From Thermoplasmata archaeon (GTDB lineage: Archaea; Thermoplasmatota; Thermoplasmata; Lutacidiplasmatales; UBA184), in NCBI GenBank assembly GCA_021802125.1, contig JAKAAX010000007.1:8983-72982 (forward strand): DNA of 64,000 nt, read 5' to 3'. Position 1 is the first letter of the stretch. Each line of letters starts with the position of its first letter. The notes beneath the pieces were generated by a model, which saw only the letters and a program-made list of their open reading frames with translations, was not told the origin of the DNA and ran no database searches. This document shows, one piece after another, positions 1 to 12,000 of the stretch. Both the position numbers and the translations under genes were made by a program.

Positions 1-3000
1 GTCCCGCCGGAGGAGGTTGCCGTCAGCACGACGGTCCATCCCACGTGGGTGCTCGTGGTGTTGGCGGCGAGCGCCACGCTCGGAGGAGCGTTCACGGTCA
101 GGGTCTCGACCGCCGTGGTCGACCTCCCCGAGAGGGAGTCCGTCACCGTCACCTGGACCGCGTAGGTGCCGGCGGAGGTGGCGTCGAACGGGTAGGAGAG
201 CGCGCTCGCGCCTGGGGCGGTCCAGGTCGCACCGTTGAGCGTCCAGGCGAGCGTGTAGGGCGAGAGGCCCCCGGAGACGGAGACGTTGAACCAGGCGCTC
301 ATCCCCAGGTCCACCGTGGCCTGGGACAGCGCGAGGGAGGCCGAGAGGGGAGCGGCGACCACGACGGGGACGGAGGCGGAGCGCGCCACGTGGCCCAGCG
401 CATCCATCACGGTCACGTTCACCGTGTAGGTCCCCGGCGTGGAGCTCGAGAAGGAGAAGGAGGACCCTGTGGCCCCCGACTGCACCGCGCCGTTCACGAA
501 CCAGAGGTACGTCGCGGGCGGGGCACCTCCGTAGGAGGTGGCCGTGAAGGGAAGCGAAGCCCCCGGGGCGACCGAGGAGGGAGCGGAGGGGGAGATCGCC
601 ACCGAGATCGAGGGGTAGACCGTGGCGGAGACGTTCACCCAGAGGATCCCGGAGTGCGAGTCGGCCACGCGGACGGTCAGGCGGTCGGAGCCCGGGCCCG
701 TCGGGACGAACGTGTAGGAGGCGGAGGTGGCCCCGGCGATCGGGGTGAGGTTCAGGTACCACTGGTAGGTGTACGGAGCGATCCCTCCGGCCGCGGTGAC
801 CGTGAAAGGCTGCGACATCCCCATGTCCAGGATCACCGCCAGGGGGCTGGCGGATGCGACCAGGGCGGGGAGGGCGACCACCGTGGCGTTGCTCCAGGCC
901 GTGAGAGGACCGGTCGCACCATCCGTCGCGGAGAACCCGACCTGGTAGGTCCCTCCCCGGGCCGGCACGAACCGGTACCCGGTGCAGCTGGTGGCGCCGG
1001 CGATCGCGGAGCCGTTCTGGTACCACTGGCAGGTGTCCGGGCTCGAGCCACCGGTGATCGTGGGCGTGAGCGTCGCAGACTGCCCCGCGTCGATGTTGGA
1101 AGTGGTGGGGCTCACCGAGGCCGTCGGGTCGATGGAGACGACGATCGTGACCGGAGCGGAGGAGCTCCTCCCGCCCAGGCTGTCCACGATCGTCGCGTTG
1201 ATGGTCAGGGTGAGGGCGCTGGTGGCCGCGTAGGCGGTCCCCAGGCAGTTCGAGCCAGCCTGCTGGACCCCGTTCACGTAGTACGTGCACGTGAATCCCG
1301 GCGTTCCCCCCGCGACCGTCCCCGTGACGTTGGCCGTCTCCCCGACGTCCACCTGGGGGGTCCCGCGGGTGAGCGTGAGCGTGGGCAAGGGGTTCACCGT
1401 GACCAGGTCCCACCCCGAGGGCGCTGCCGCGGCGGGGGTCCCGACGCTCGCGTCCCCGGCCACGTAGCAGTAGTACGTGCTGGCGGAGGGGGTCACCGTG
1501 ACCGTGAGCGAGCTCCCCGACAACGTCCCCGAGCTGCACGCCCCGGAGCTGGAGGAGGAAGCGAACCACTGGTAGGTGTAGGCCGGCGTCCCGCCCGACG
1601 CGCTTGCCGTGAGGGTGACCGACTGACCGCTGTCGATGGTCGGGAGCGTGGGCGTGACCGCCCCGGCGACGAGCGCGGGATCCACCGTCACGAGGTTCCA
1701 CGGCGAGGAGGCGTTCGTGGCGGGCGTCCCCAGGCTCGCGTCGGTCGCCACGTAGCAGTAGTAGGTGCTCGCCGCCGGCGAGGACGAGATGGTCGCCGAC
1801 GTCCCGGCCGCCGTCCCCGACCAGCAGGACCCGGTGCCCGAGGTGGAGGAGTACCACTGCTCGGCGTAGGGAGATGTTCCTCCCGTCGGGCTAGCCGTGA
1901 GCGAGATCGACTGGCCCGCATCGATGACCGGGGCCGAGGGGGTCGCTCCCCCGGCCGTCAGCGCCGGGTCCACGGTCAGAAGGTCCCATGTCGAGGAGGC
2001 CGAGGCGGCCGGGGATCCCACGCTCGAGTCTCCCACCACGTAGCAGTAGTAGGTCGAGGAGGCCGGGGACGCGGCGAAGGTCGAGGTCGACGGACCCGCG
2101 GTCCCGGAGGAGCAGGCGCCCGTGCCGGTGGACGAGGAGTACCAATGGTCGGTGTAGGGAGCCGTTCCGCTGGAGGGGTTCGCCGTCAGCGTCAGGGACT
2201 GGCCCACATCGATCGCGGGCGCCGTGGGCGTCACCGCTCCCGCCACCAGCGCCGCGTTCACCGTCACCAGGACCCAGCCGGAGGACGCGCTCGCCACGGG
2301 GGTCCCCTGGCTCGAGTCTCCCACCACGTAGCAGTAGTACGTGTTCGCCGCAGGAGTTGGGGCGAAGGTCGCGCCCGTGCCTCCCGCGGTCCCCGTCGAG
2401 CACGCGCCGGAGCTCGAGGAGGAGGAGTACCACTGGTAGGTGTAGGCGGGAGTTCCCGCCGACGGGTTCGCCGTGAGGGTGATCGTCTGGCCGACGTCGA
2501 TGACCGGGGTGGCGGGGGTGGCCGAGCCCGCGACGAGCGCGGGGTTCACCGTCACGAGGTCCCACGCCGACGACTGGGTCGCCCCGGTGTTGTCCCTCAC
2601 CTGGTAGCAGTAGTACGTGCTCGCGCTCGGCTTCACCGTGGTCGGCGACCCCGTCGCTCCCGCCGTCCCTGCGGTACAGATCCCGGTGTTGCTCGACGAG
2701 CTGAACCAGGAGTAGGTGTAGGGCGCGGTGCCGCCCGACGGGTTCGCCCCCAGAGAGATCGACTGCCCGAGGTCGATGGCGGGGCTGGCGGGTGAGACCA
2801 AGCCTCCCACCAGCGGCTCGTTCACCGTCACCAGGTCCCATGCCGAATACCCCAGGGCCGCGGGGGTCCCCTGGCTCGCGTCGCCCACGGCGTAGCAGTA
2901 GTACGTGTTCACGGTGGGCGAGCTCGTGTAGGACGCGGTGGTCGCCCCCGCGGTCCCCGACGCGCACGTTCCCGTGTTGAGCAGGGAGTAGTACCACTGG

Positions 3001-6000
3001 TACGTGTACGCGGGCGTGCCCCCGGAGGGGTTCGCGGTGAGGGTCACCGACTGCCCCGAGTTGATCGTGGGCGAGTTCGGGGTCGCCGAGCCCGCGACGA
3101 GCGCGGGGTCGACGGTCACCAGGGTCCACGACGACGAGGCGCTCGCCGCCGGGCTCCCGACGCTCGAGTCTCCCACCACGTAGCAGTAGTAGGTGTTCGA
3201 GGCGGGTGAGGCCCCGTCCGTCGAGGTCGTAGGGCCCGGGGTCCCGGACGCGCACGTCCCGGTGTTCGAGGAGGAGGAGTACCACTGGTAGGTGTAGGCG
3301 GGAGTCCCCGCCGACGGGTTCGCTGTGAGGGTGATCGTCTGGCCGACATCGATGACCGGGGTGGCGGGAGTGGCCGAGCCCGCGACGAGCTTGGGATGGA
3401 CCGTCACCAGGTCCCACGCGGAGGAGGAGATCGCCGCGGGAGTTCCCTGGCTCGAATCGCTCGCCACGTAGCAGTAGTAGGTCGTGGCGGTGGGGGAGAT
3501 CGCGTAGGTGGTCGAGGATGGCCCCGCCGTCCCCGACGAACAGGCGCCGCTGTTCGAGGTGGAGAAGTACCACTGGACCGAGTACGGCGCCGTTCCACCG
3601 GAGGGAGCGGAGGTGAGCGTGATGGACTGGCCGCTGTCGATCGCCGGTGCCGGGGGAGACACCGCCCCCGCGGCCAGAGCGGGGTCCACCGTCACGAGGG
3701 ACCAAGCGGTGGAGGAGCTTGCCGCCGGGCTGCCTTGGGCGCTGTCGCCCACGACATAGCAGTAGTAGATGTTGGAGGTGGGCGAGGGCGCGACAGTGGC
3801 CGTGCCGCCGACGCTCGTTCCGGAGCTGCACGCCCCGCTCCCGGTGGTCGAGGAGTACCACAGGTAGGTGTAGGCCGGCGTCCCGCCGGACGGGTTCGAC
3901 GCGAGCGTGATCGACTGGCCACTGTCGATGACCGGAGCCGAGGGCGAGACCGCCCCCGCCGCCAGCGCCACGTTCACCGTCACGGTGTCCACGACGGAGC
4001 ACTTGCTCACGGGGGAGTAGGCGCTGTCGGTCACCCGGTAGGAGTAGGAGGTGGTGGAGCCCGGAGAGACGGAGAGCGTCGCGAACGTCGCCCCTGAGAC
4101 CGACGTGCCGCACGCCGTCCCCGTGAACCACTGGTAGGAGTAGGGGGAAGTCCCGCTGGAGGGGTTCGCCGTCAACGTCAGGGACTGCCCCACGTCGATG
4201 GACGGAGCCGAGGGCGAGACCGGCCCCGCCACCAGCGCGCCGTTCACCGTCACCAGGTCCCATCCGGACGACGCGCTCGCCGCGGGAGTTCCCTGGCTCG
4301 AGTCACCCACCACGTAGCAGTAGTACGCGTTCGCCGCCGGAGTTGTCGCGAAGGTCGAGCTCGTTCCCCCAGGGGTTCCCGTCGAGCACGCCCCGCTGCT
4401 GGAGGCGGAAGAGTACCACTGGTAGGTGTAGGGGGACGTCCCCGCCGACGGGTTCGCCGTGAGCGTGATCGACTGGCCGGCGTCGATCTTCGGCGTCGCC
4501 GGTGACACCGCTCCCGCCGCCAGCGCCGCGTTCACCGTCACCAGGTCCCACGCCGACGTCTGGATCGCCCCGGTGTTGTCCGTCACCTGGTAGCAGTAGT
4601 ACATGTTCGCGGTCGGCGTCACCGTGGTCGGCGACCCCGTCCCTCCCGGCGTCCCCGCCGTGCAGGCCCCGCTGCTGCTGGTCGAGCTGTACCAGATGTA
4701 CGTGTAGGGCGCCGTTCCGCCGGACGGGTTGGCTCCCAGCGAGATCGACTGCCCCGCATCGATGAAGGGGTTGGCGGGCGAGACCGAGCCTCCCACGAGC
4801 GGTCCGTTCACCGTCACCAGGTCCCACGTGGAATACCCCAGGGCCGCGGGGCTCCCCTGGCTCGCGTCCCGCACCGCGTAGCAGTAGTACGTGTTGGCCG
4901 ACGGGTAGCTCGTGTACGTCGAGGTCGTCGGGCCCGCCGTCCCCGACGCGCACGTCCCGGTGTTCAGAGGGGAGGAGTACCACTGGTACGTGTACGCCGT
5001 CGTCCCTCCGGAGGGGTTCGCCGTGAGGGTCACCGCCTGACCGGCGTTGATGATGGGGGAGTTCGGGGTGGCCGAGCCCGGCACCAGCGCGGGGTTCACC
5101 GTGACCAGGTCCCACGACGTCATCGCGCTCGCCGCCGGGGTCCCCACGCTCGAGTCTCCGACCACGTAGCAGTAGTAGGTGTTCGAGGACGGCGCGGGCA
5201 GGTAGGTCGCGCTCGTCCCTGCGACAGAGCCCGAGGTGCAGAGGCCCGTGTTCACGCTGGAGGAGTACCATTGGTACGTGTAGGCCGCCGTGCCGCTCGA
5301 CGGGTTCGCGGTGAGGGTGATCTGCTGACCGTTGTCGATGATCGGCGTGGTGGGGCTGACCGCTCCGGGCACGAGCGCGGGATTCACGGTGACCAGGTCC
5401 CAGCCGGACACCGCGCTCGCCGCGGGAGTTCCCTGGCTCGAGTCACCCACCACGTAGCAATAGTACAGCGTGGAGGTGGGAGAGACGCTCACGGTGGCGG
5501 TGGTGCCTCCCGGGGTCCCGGCGGAGCAGGATCCCCCGTTGGAGGCGGAGGAGTACCAATGGTAGGTGTAGGTCGGGCTCCCTCCCGACGGGTTCGCGGT
5601 GAGCGAGATGGACTGACCGTTGTCGATGGCGGGAGCGGCGGGGGTGGCCGACCCAGGCGCCAGCGCAGGGTTCACCGTCACCAGGGCCCAGGTCGACGAG
5701 GTCCCCGCCGCGGGGGTCCCACTGCTGCTGTCGGTCAGATGGTAGCAGTAGTACGTGTTCGCGGTGGGCGAGACCACGAAGGTCGCCGTCGCCGGCCCGC
5801 TGGTGCCCGCCGTGCAGATGCCCGTGCCCGCGCTCGCGGAGTACCACTGGTAGTGGTACGCCGGAGTTCCTCCCGAGGGAGCCGAGCTGAGGGTGATCGA
5901 CTGGCCGTTGTCGAGCGTCGGCGCTCCCGGGCTCACCGTGCCCGCGACGAGCGGGACGTTGACCGTCACGAGGTCCCAGGCGGAACTGAGACTTGCGGCG

Positions 6001-9000
6001 GGCGTGCCGCTGCTGCTGTCGGTCAGATGGTAGCAGTAGTACGTGGCGGCGGCCGGGGTGACCGCGAAGGTCGCGGTCGTAGGTCCGGCGGTCCCGGCGG
6101 CGCAGAGCCCGGTGTTGGAGGAGGAAGAGTACCACTGGTACGAGTAGGGAGCGGTGCCTCCCGACGGGTTGGCCGTGAGTGTGATGGACTGGCCGGAGTC
6201 GATGCTGGGGGCTGAGGGAGAGACCGTGCCCACGTTGAGCGCCGGGTTCACCGTGACCAGGCTCCAGGCGGAGACCTGGCTTGCGGCAGGGGTTCCCACG
6301 CTGCTGTCCCCGACGTGGTAGCAGTAGTACGTGTTCGCCGTGGGGGACACGGTGATCGTCGCGGTCGTTGCCCCGACGGTCCCCAGCGTGCACGTTCCGG
6401 AGTTCGAGGAGGAAGAGTACCACTGGTAGGCGTAGGGAACGGTCCCCCCGGAGGGGTTCGCGCTAAGGGTGATGGACTGTCCGCTGTCGATGGTGGCCGC
6501 CGCCGGACCGACCGAGCCGGGGTTGAGGGCAGGGTTCACGGTCACCAGGACCGCGGTCGAGTACGCGACCGCCGCCGGGGTTCCCGCGCTCGCGTCCCCG
6601 TACTGGACACAGTAGTACGTGTTGCCGGTGGGAGCGGGGGAGTAGGTGGACGAGGTCTGACCGGTCACGACGGCGTCGCTCGTGCAGGTGGTCGACGTCC
6701 CGGACCTCCACTGGTAGGTGTAGGTCGGCGTTCCGCCGGTGGGAGCCGAGGAGGAGAGCACGACCGACTGCCCGGTGTCGATCGTCGGCGAGGCGGGGGT
6801 GACCGACCCGGCCGCGAGCGCGGAGTTCACGGTCACCAACACCACGTTCGAGTACGCCACTGCCGCCGGAGCGCCCACGCTCGAGTCCCCGTACTGGACA
6901 CAGTAGTCCGTGGTCGCGGTCGGCGAAGGGGAGTACGTCGTGGTGGTCGCCGAGGGCACCAGCGTGTCGCTCGAGCAGGTGGTGGACGTTCCCGCCCGCC
7001 ACGTGTAGGTGTAGGTGGGAGTGCCGCTCGTGGGGGCGGAGGACGAGAGCGTAATCGTCTGCCCCGTATCGATCGTGGCGGAGCTCGGCGACACCACGCC
7101 CGCCACGAGGGCGCCGTTCACCGTGACCAGCTGCCAGGCGGAAGCCCCTCCCGCGGCAGGGCTCCCCACGCTGCTGTCCCCGACGTGGTAGCAGTAGTAG
7201 ATGGTCGCCGTGGGGGAGACCGTGAGGGAAGAGCTCGTCCCAGCGGCCGTCCCTGCGGTGCACGATCCGCTGCTCGAGCTCGAGGAGTACCACTGGTAAG
7301 TGTACGGTGTCGTTCCTCCCGAGGGGTTCGCGGTCAACACCAGGGACTGGCCGCTGTCGATCGTCACGGTGGAGGGCGACACCGAGCCCGGCACCAGCGC
7401 GGGGTTCACGGTCACCGACACGACGTTCGAGTACACCACCGCCGCCGGAGTACCCACGCTCGAGTCCCCGTACTGGACGCAGTAGTCTGCCGCTACGGTC
7501 GGGGAGGGAGAGTACGTGGAGGTGGTCTGCCCGGAGACCACCGCGTCGTTCGTGCAGGTGGTCGACGTCCCGGCCCTCCACGCATAGGTGTAGGAGGGAG
7601 TGCCGCCCGTGGGCGCAGAAGAGGTGAGGGCGATCGACTGCCCGGTGTCGATCGTCGCCGAGGAGGGCGTCACCGTCCCCGCCACCAGAGCGGAGTTCAC
7701 GGTCACCGACACGACGTTGGAGTAGGCGATCGCCGCGGGAGTTCCCACGCTGGAGTCACCGTACTGGACGCAGTAGTCCGTCGCCACGGTCGGGGACGGA
7801 GCGTAGGTCGAGGTGGTCTGCCCGGCGACCACCGTGTCGCTCGAGCACGTGGTGGACGCGCCCGAGCGCCACTCGTAGGAGTACGCGAGGGTCCCTCCCG
7901 TGGGAGCGGAGGAGGTCAGGGTGACCGTCTGCCCGGTGTCGATCGCGGCCGAGGAGGGGGTGACCGCACCGGCGACAAGCGCCGCGTTGACCGTGACCAG
8001 TACCACGTTCGAGTAAGCGACCGCGACCGGTGTCCCCTGGCTCGCGTCCCCGTACTGGACGCAGTAGTAGGTGGTCGAGGTCGGGGACGGGGAGTAGACG
8101 GAGGTCGTCTGCCCGGAGACCGCCGTGTCGCTCGAGCACGTGGCCGACGCGCCCGCCCGCCACGCGTAGGTGTACGTCGGGGTCCCGCCGCTGGGCGAGG
8201 TCGAAGAGAGCGCGATCATCTGCCCCGTATCGATGCTCGCCGAGGCAGGGGACACCGTCCCCGCGACCAGCGCGGGGTTCACGGTCACCAGCACCACGTT
8301 CGAGTAGGCCACCGCCGGGGGAGTTCCCACGCTCGAGTCCCCGTACTGCGCACAGTAGTACGTGCTGGCGGTCGGGGACACGAGGTAGGTCGCGCTGGTC
8401 TGCCCGGAGACCACCGTGTCGCTCGTGCACGTGGCGGACGTCCCCGACCGCCAGGCGTAGGTGTAGGTCGAGGTCCCGCCGCTGGGCGCCGTCGAGGAGA
8501 GCGTGATCGTCTGGCCGGAGTCGATCGTCGCCGAGGAAGGGGTCACCGTTCCCGCCGCGAGCGCGGAGTTCACGGTCACCAGCACCACGTTCGAGTACGC
8601 GACTGCGGTGGGAGTTCCCACGCTCGAGTCCCCGAACTGGACACAGTAGTACGTCGCAACGGTGGGGGACGGGGAGTAGGTCGAGGTGGTCTGGCCCGAC
8701 ACCGCCGTGTCCACCGTGCACGTGGCCGACGTCCCGGACCGCCACTGGTAGGTGTAGGAGAGAGTGCCGCCCGTCGGCGCGGAAGAGGTGAGGGCGATCA
8801 ACTGCCCGGTATCGATCGTCGGCGAGGCGGGGGTGACCGAACCGGCCACCAGCGCGGGGTTCACGGTCACCAACACCACGTTGGAGTAGACCACCGCCGC
8901 GGGCGTTCCCTGGCTCGCGTCGCCGTACTGGACACAGTAGTAGGTGTTCGCCGTGGGGGCGGGCAGGTAGCTGGTGGAGGTCTGTCCCGAGACCACCGCG

Positions 9001-12000
9001 TCGCTCGCACAGGTGGTGGACGTCCCGGCCCGCCACGCGTAGGTGTAGGAGGGAGTGCCGCCCGTCGGGGCCGAAGAGGAGAGGGAGATCGACTGCCCGT
9101 TGTCGATCGCGGCGGAGGAGGGGGTGACCGCGCCGGCGACCAGCACCGTGTTGACGGTCACCTGTACCACGTTCGAGTAGGCGACCGCGGTCGGGGTCCC
9201 CAAGCTCGCGTCCCCGTACTGGACGCAGTAGTACGTGGTCGTGGTGGGGGACGGGGTGTAGGTCGAGGCGGTCGACCCGGAGACCGCGGTGTCGCTCGTG
9301 CACGTGGCCGACGCCCCGGACCGCCACTGGTAGTTGTAGGAGGGAGTGCCGCCCGTCGGAGCGGCAGAGGTGAGGAGGATCGACTGTCCGCTGTCGATCG
9401 TCGCCGAGGAGGGCGTGACCGTCCCCGCCACCAGAGCGGAGTTCACGGTCACGAGCACCACGTTGGAGTACACCACCGCCGTGGGAGTTCCCACGCTGGA
9501 GTCACCGTACTGGACGCAGTAGTCCGTCGCCGCCGTCGGGGAGATGGTGTAGGTCGTGGTGGTCTGCCCCGAGACCAGAGCGTCGCTCGCGCACGTGGAG
9601 GAGGTCCCCGAGCGCCACGCGTAGGTGTAGGAGGGTGTGCCGCCCGTGGGGGCCGCAGAGGTGAGGGTGATCGATTGCCCGGTGTCGATGGCCGGCGAGG
9701 CGGGGGTGACCGAACCGGCCACCAGGGTCGGGTTCACCGTCACCAGTACCACGTTCGAGTAGGCGACCGCCGCGGGAGTTCCCGAGCTTGAATCCCCGTA
9801 CTGAACGCAGTAGTACGTGCTAACGGTCGGGGATACCGCGTAGGTCGAACTGGTCTGACCGGAGACAGCCGTATCCCCCGTGCACGTGGCGGACGCCCCC
9901 GACCGCCACGCATAGGTGTACGTCGGGGTTCCGCCGCTGGGCGCCGTCGAGGAGAGCGTGATGGTCTGGCCGTAGTCGATCGTTGCCGAGGAGGGCGTGA
10001 CCGTCCCTGCGACCAGAGCGGAGTTCACGGTCACCGTCACGACGTTGGAGTACGCCACCGCCGTCGGGGTTCCCGCGCTCGCGTCCCCGTACTGGACGCA
10101 ATAGTCCGTGGTCACGGTCGGGGCCGGAGTGTAGGTCGAGGTGGTCTGCCCGGCGACCGCCGTGTCACTCGCGCACGTGGAGGAGGTTCCCGACCGCCAC
10201 GCGTAGGTGTACGTCGGGGTCCCGCCGCTGGGCGAGGTCGAGGTGAGCAGGATCGACTGACCGCTGTCGATCGTCGCCGAACTGGGCGACACCGCGCCCG
10301 CGGCGAGGGCGCTGTTCACCGTGACCGTGTCACCGGCGGAGCATTTGTAGTTCGGAGACCCCAGGCTCGTATCGGTGACCTTGTACGAGTACGTGGTCGT
10401 CGCCGTAGGGTTGGCCGCGTAGGTCGACGCGGTCGCCGAGGCGATGGCCGTGTTGCACGCGGATCCGGTGTACCACTGGTACGTGTAGACGGCCGTGCCG
10501 CCGCTGGCCGCGGAGACGAGCGTGATCGTCTGACCGTTGTCGATGGTCGGGGAGGCGGGGGTGATCGCCCCGGCCACCAGTGCGGAGTCCACCGTCAGGG
10601 TGGGCATGGTGACCTTCGCGGTGAAGCCCCAACCGTCGGTCAGCGTCAGGACGATCGCGCTGAAGGTCCCCGTGCCCGACGAGCTCGGAGCGCAGGTGAG
10701 GGGATCGGCGTTGCTCGAGGCGCATCCCGCGGGAAGTCCGGCCCAGGAGTAGGAGTACGCGGCGATGCCCGCGTTCGCCGTGGCGCTCAGGCTCGTCTGC
10801 TCGCCCACGTCGATCAGCGTGGGAGTTGTCGCGGCCGCCGTGAGGTAGGGTCCGTCCAAGCCGATGTACTCGCTCTGCGCGGTGGTCTGGGTCGTGGTGT
10901 AGACAATGTCGTCGCGCCAGGGGGGCACGGCGGACGCCGGGAGGTACGTGGCCATCCCAGGCTCGTAGCCGCCCAGGGCGGCCGTCTGGATCGTCCCCCA
11001 GGCACCCCCCGGTGTCGTCGCCGCGGTCACCACGAGAAGGGCGGAGGGGTTCTGCCATGCCACGAAGGGCGCGGCACCGGCGCCCTCCACCGTGATCGCG
11101 GAGAGCCCGGCGCCCGTGACGCTCCCGTCCGGAGAGGGCCCGGTGGTGGGAGCACTAGCGAAATCGTTCGTGGAATAGGCGTACTGGATGTCGAAGCTGG
11201 TGGGCGTGGTGGTCGTGTCCAGGATGTAGGTGAGCGCGACGTTGGTGCCGGAAGGGGCGTAGGCGATGTCCCCCTCGACCGCCTCGATCGGTACGGAGTT
11301 GTAGGTGGTGCTGAACGCATGCGTCGCCACCACCATCGGGCCGTATGTGATGGCGGAGAAGTCCGTGGTGCTGACGATGACGTCCTGGTACCAGTTGGCA
11401 GGTGTGGCATCCGAAACCCCGAGGGAGACCGCGCAGGAGGCGACCGCGAGGCTGCACTCCAGAGATTCCGCCCCCACGTAGTAGCAGTTGGCGGTGGCAC
11501 AACCTCCGACCTGGGTGAGGGTGTACCCGTAGGTCGCCTTGAACGTCGTGCCGCTCGTCCAGACGTCGAACATGAATCCGAAGTTCGCGCAGGTCGACGA
11601 GGGATAGTCCCCCCAGGCGCCCACGAGGAGGTTCCCGGCGTTGTCGAAGGCCGCAACCGGGGCGACAATACCGAAATTGGCGCCGAACCCGGCCCACAGC
11701 GTACCCACGCTGCACATCGTGCCGTACGCCGTGTCCCCGGTCGCCGCGCTCCAGCTCCCGGTCGTGGCCGACCCACCGTAGTTGGTCGCGCACGTGTGGT
11801 AGTAGTCCCCGTAATTCACCGTCGTGACGGAACTGATCGCCAGGTAGACGATGCAAACGTCGCTCGCTGTCGGCGTTGCGACGATGGTCGGACTGACCAG
11901 CTCGCACGTGCCGCTCCCCCCGCCCGTCGTGCAGTAGGTCCCGGTGTAGGCCGCGGCGATGTACTGGACCGTGAAGCTGGTCCCGCCGTTGAGGCTCTTC

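Noticed and set aside
45-9791. Very long plus-strand track ORFs across the repeat region (45..2795, 916 aa; 6315..9791, 1158 aa; also 3396..4097 and 5271..6215).
   Set aside because: Their translations are periodic Arg/Gly/Asp/His/Val-rich nonsense with no hydrophobic core. They are the antisense shadow of the giant minus-strand gene. In such GC-rich DNA, stop codons are rare in every frame.
280-10315. The regular 285-291-nt periodicity, considered as a possible CRISPR array or satellite DNA.
   Set aside because: The units are contiguous with no spacers. Their lengths are multiples of 3, they lie in a single open frame, and they diverge mainly at the protein-variable positions. They are protein-coding tandem domains.
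1891-11907. Minus-strand track ORFs in the wrong frames (1891..4263, 790 aa; 4303..5271; 5443..6423; 6463..7581; 7756..9327; 10330..11058; 11155..11907).
   Set aside because: All use frames with start coordinates = 0 or 1 (mod 3). They read as R/G/H/L/D-rich low-complexity and are interrupted every 1-2 kb. The frame = 2 (mod 3) is continuous and gives Ig-like module sequence.
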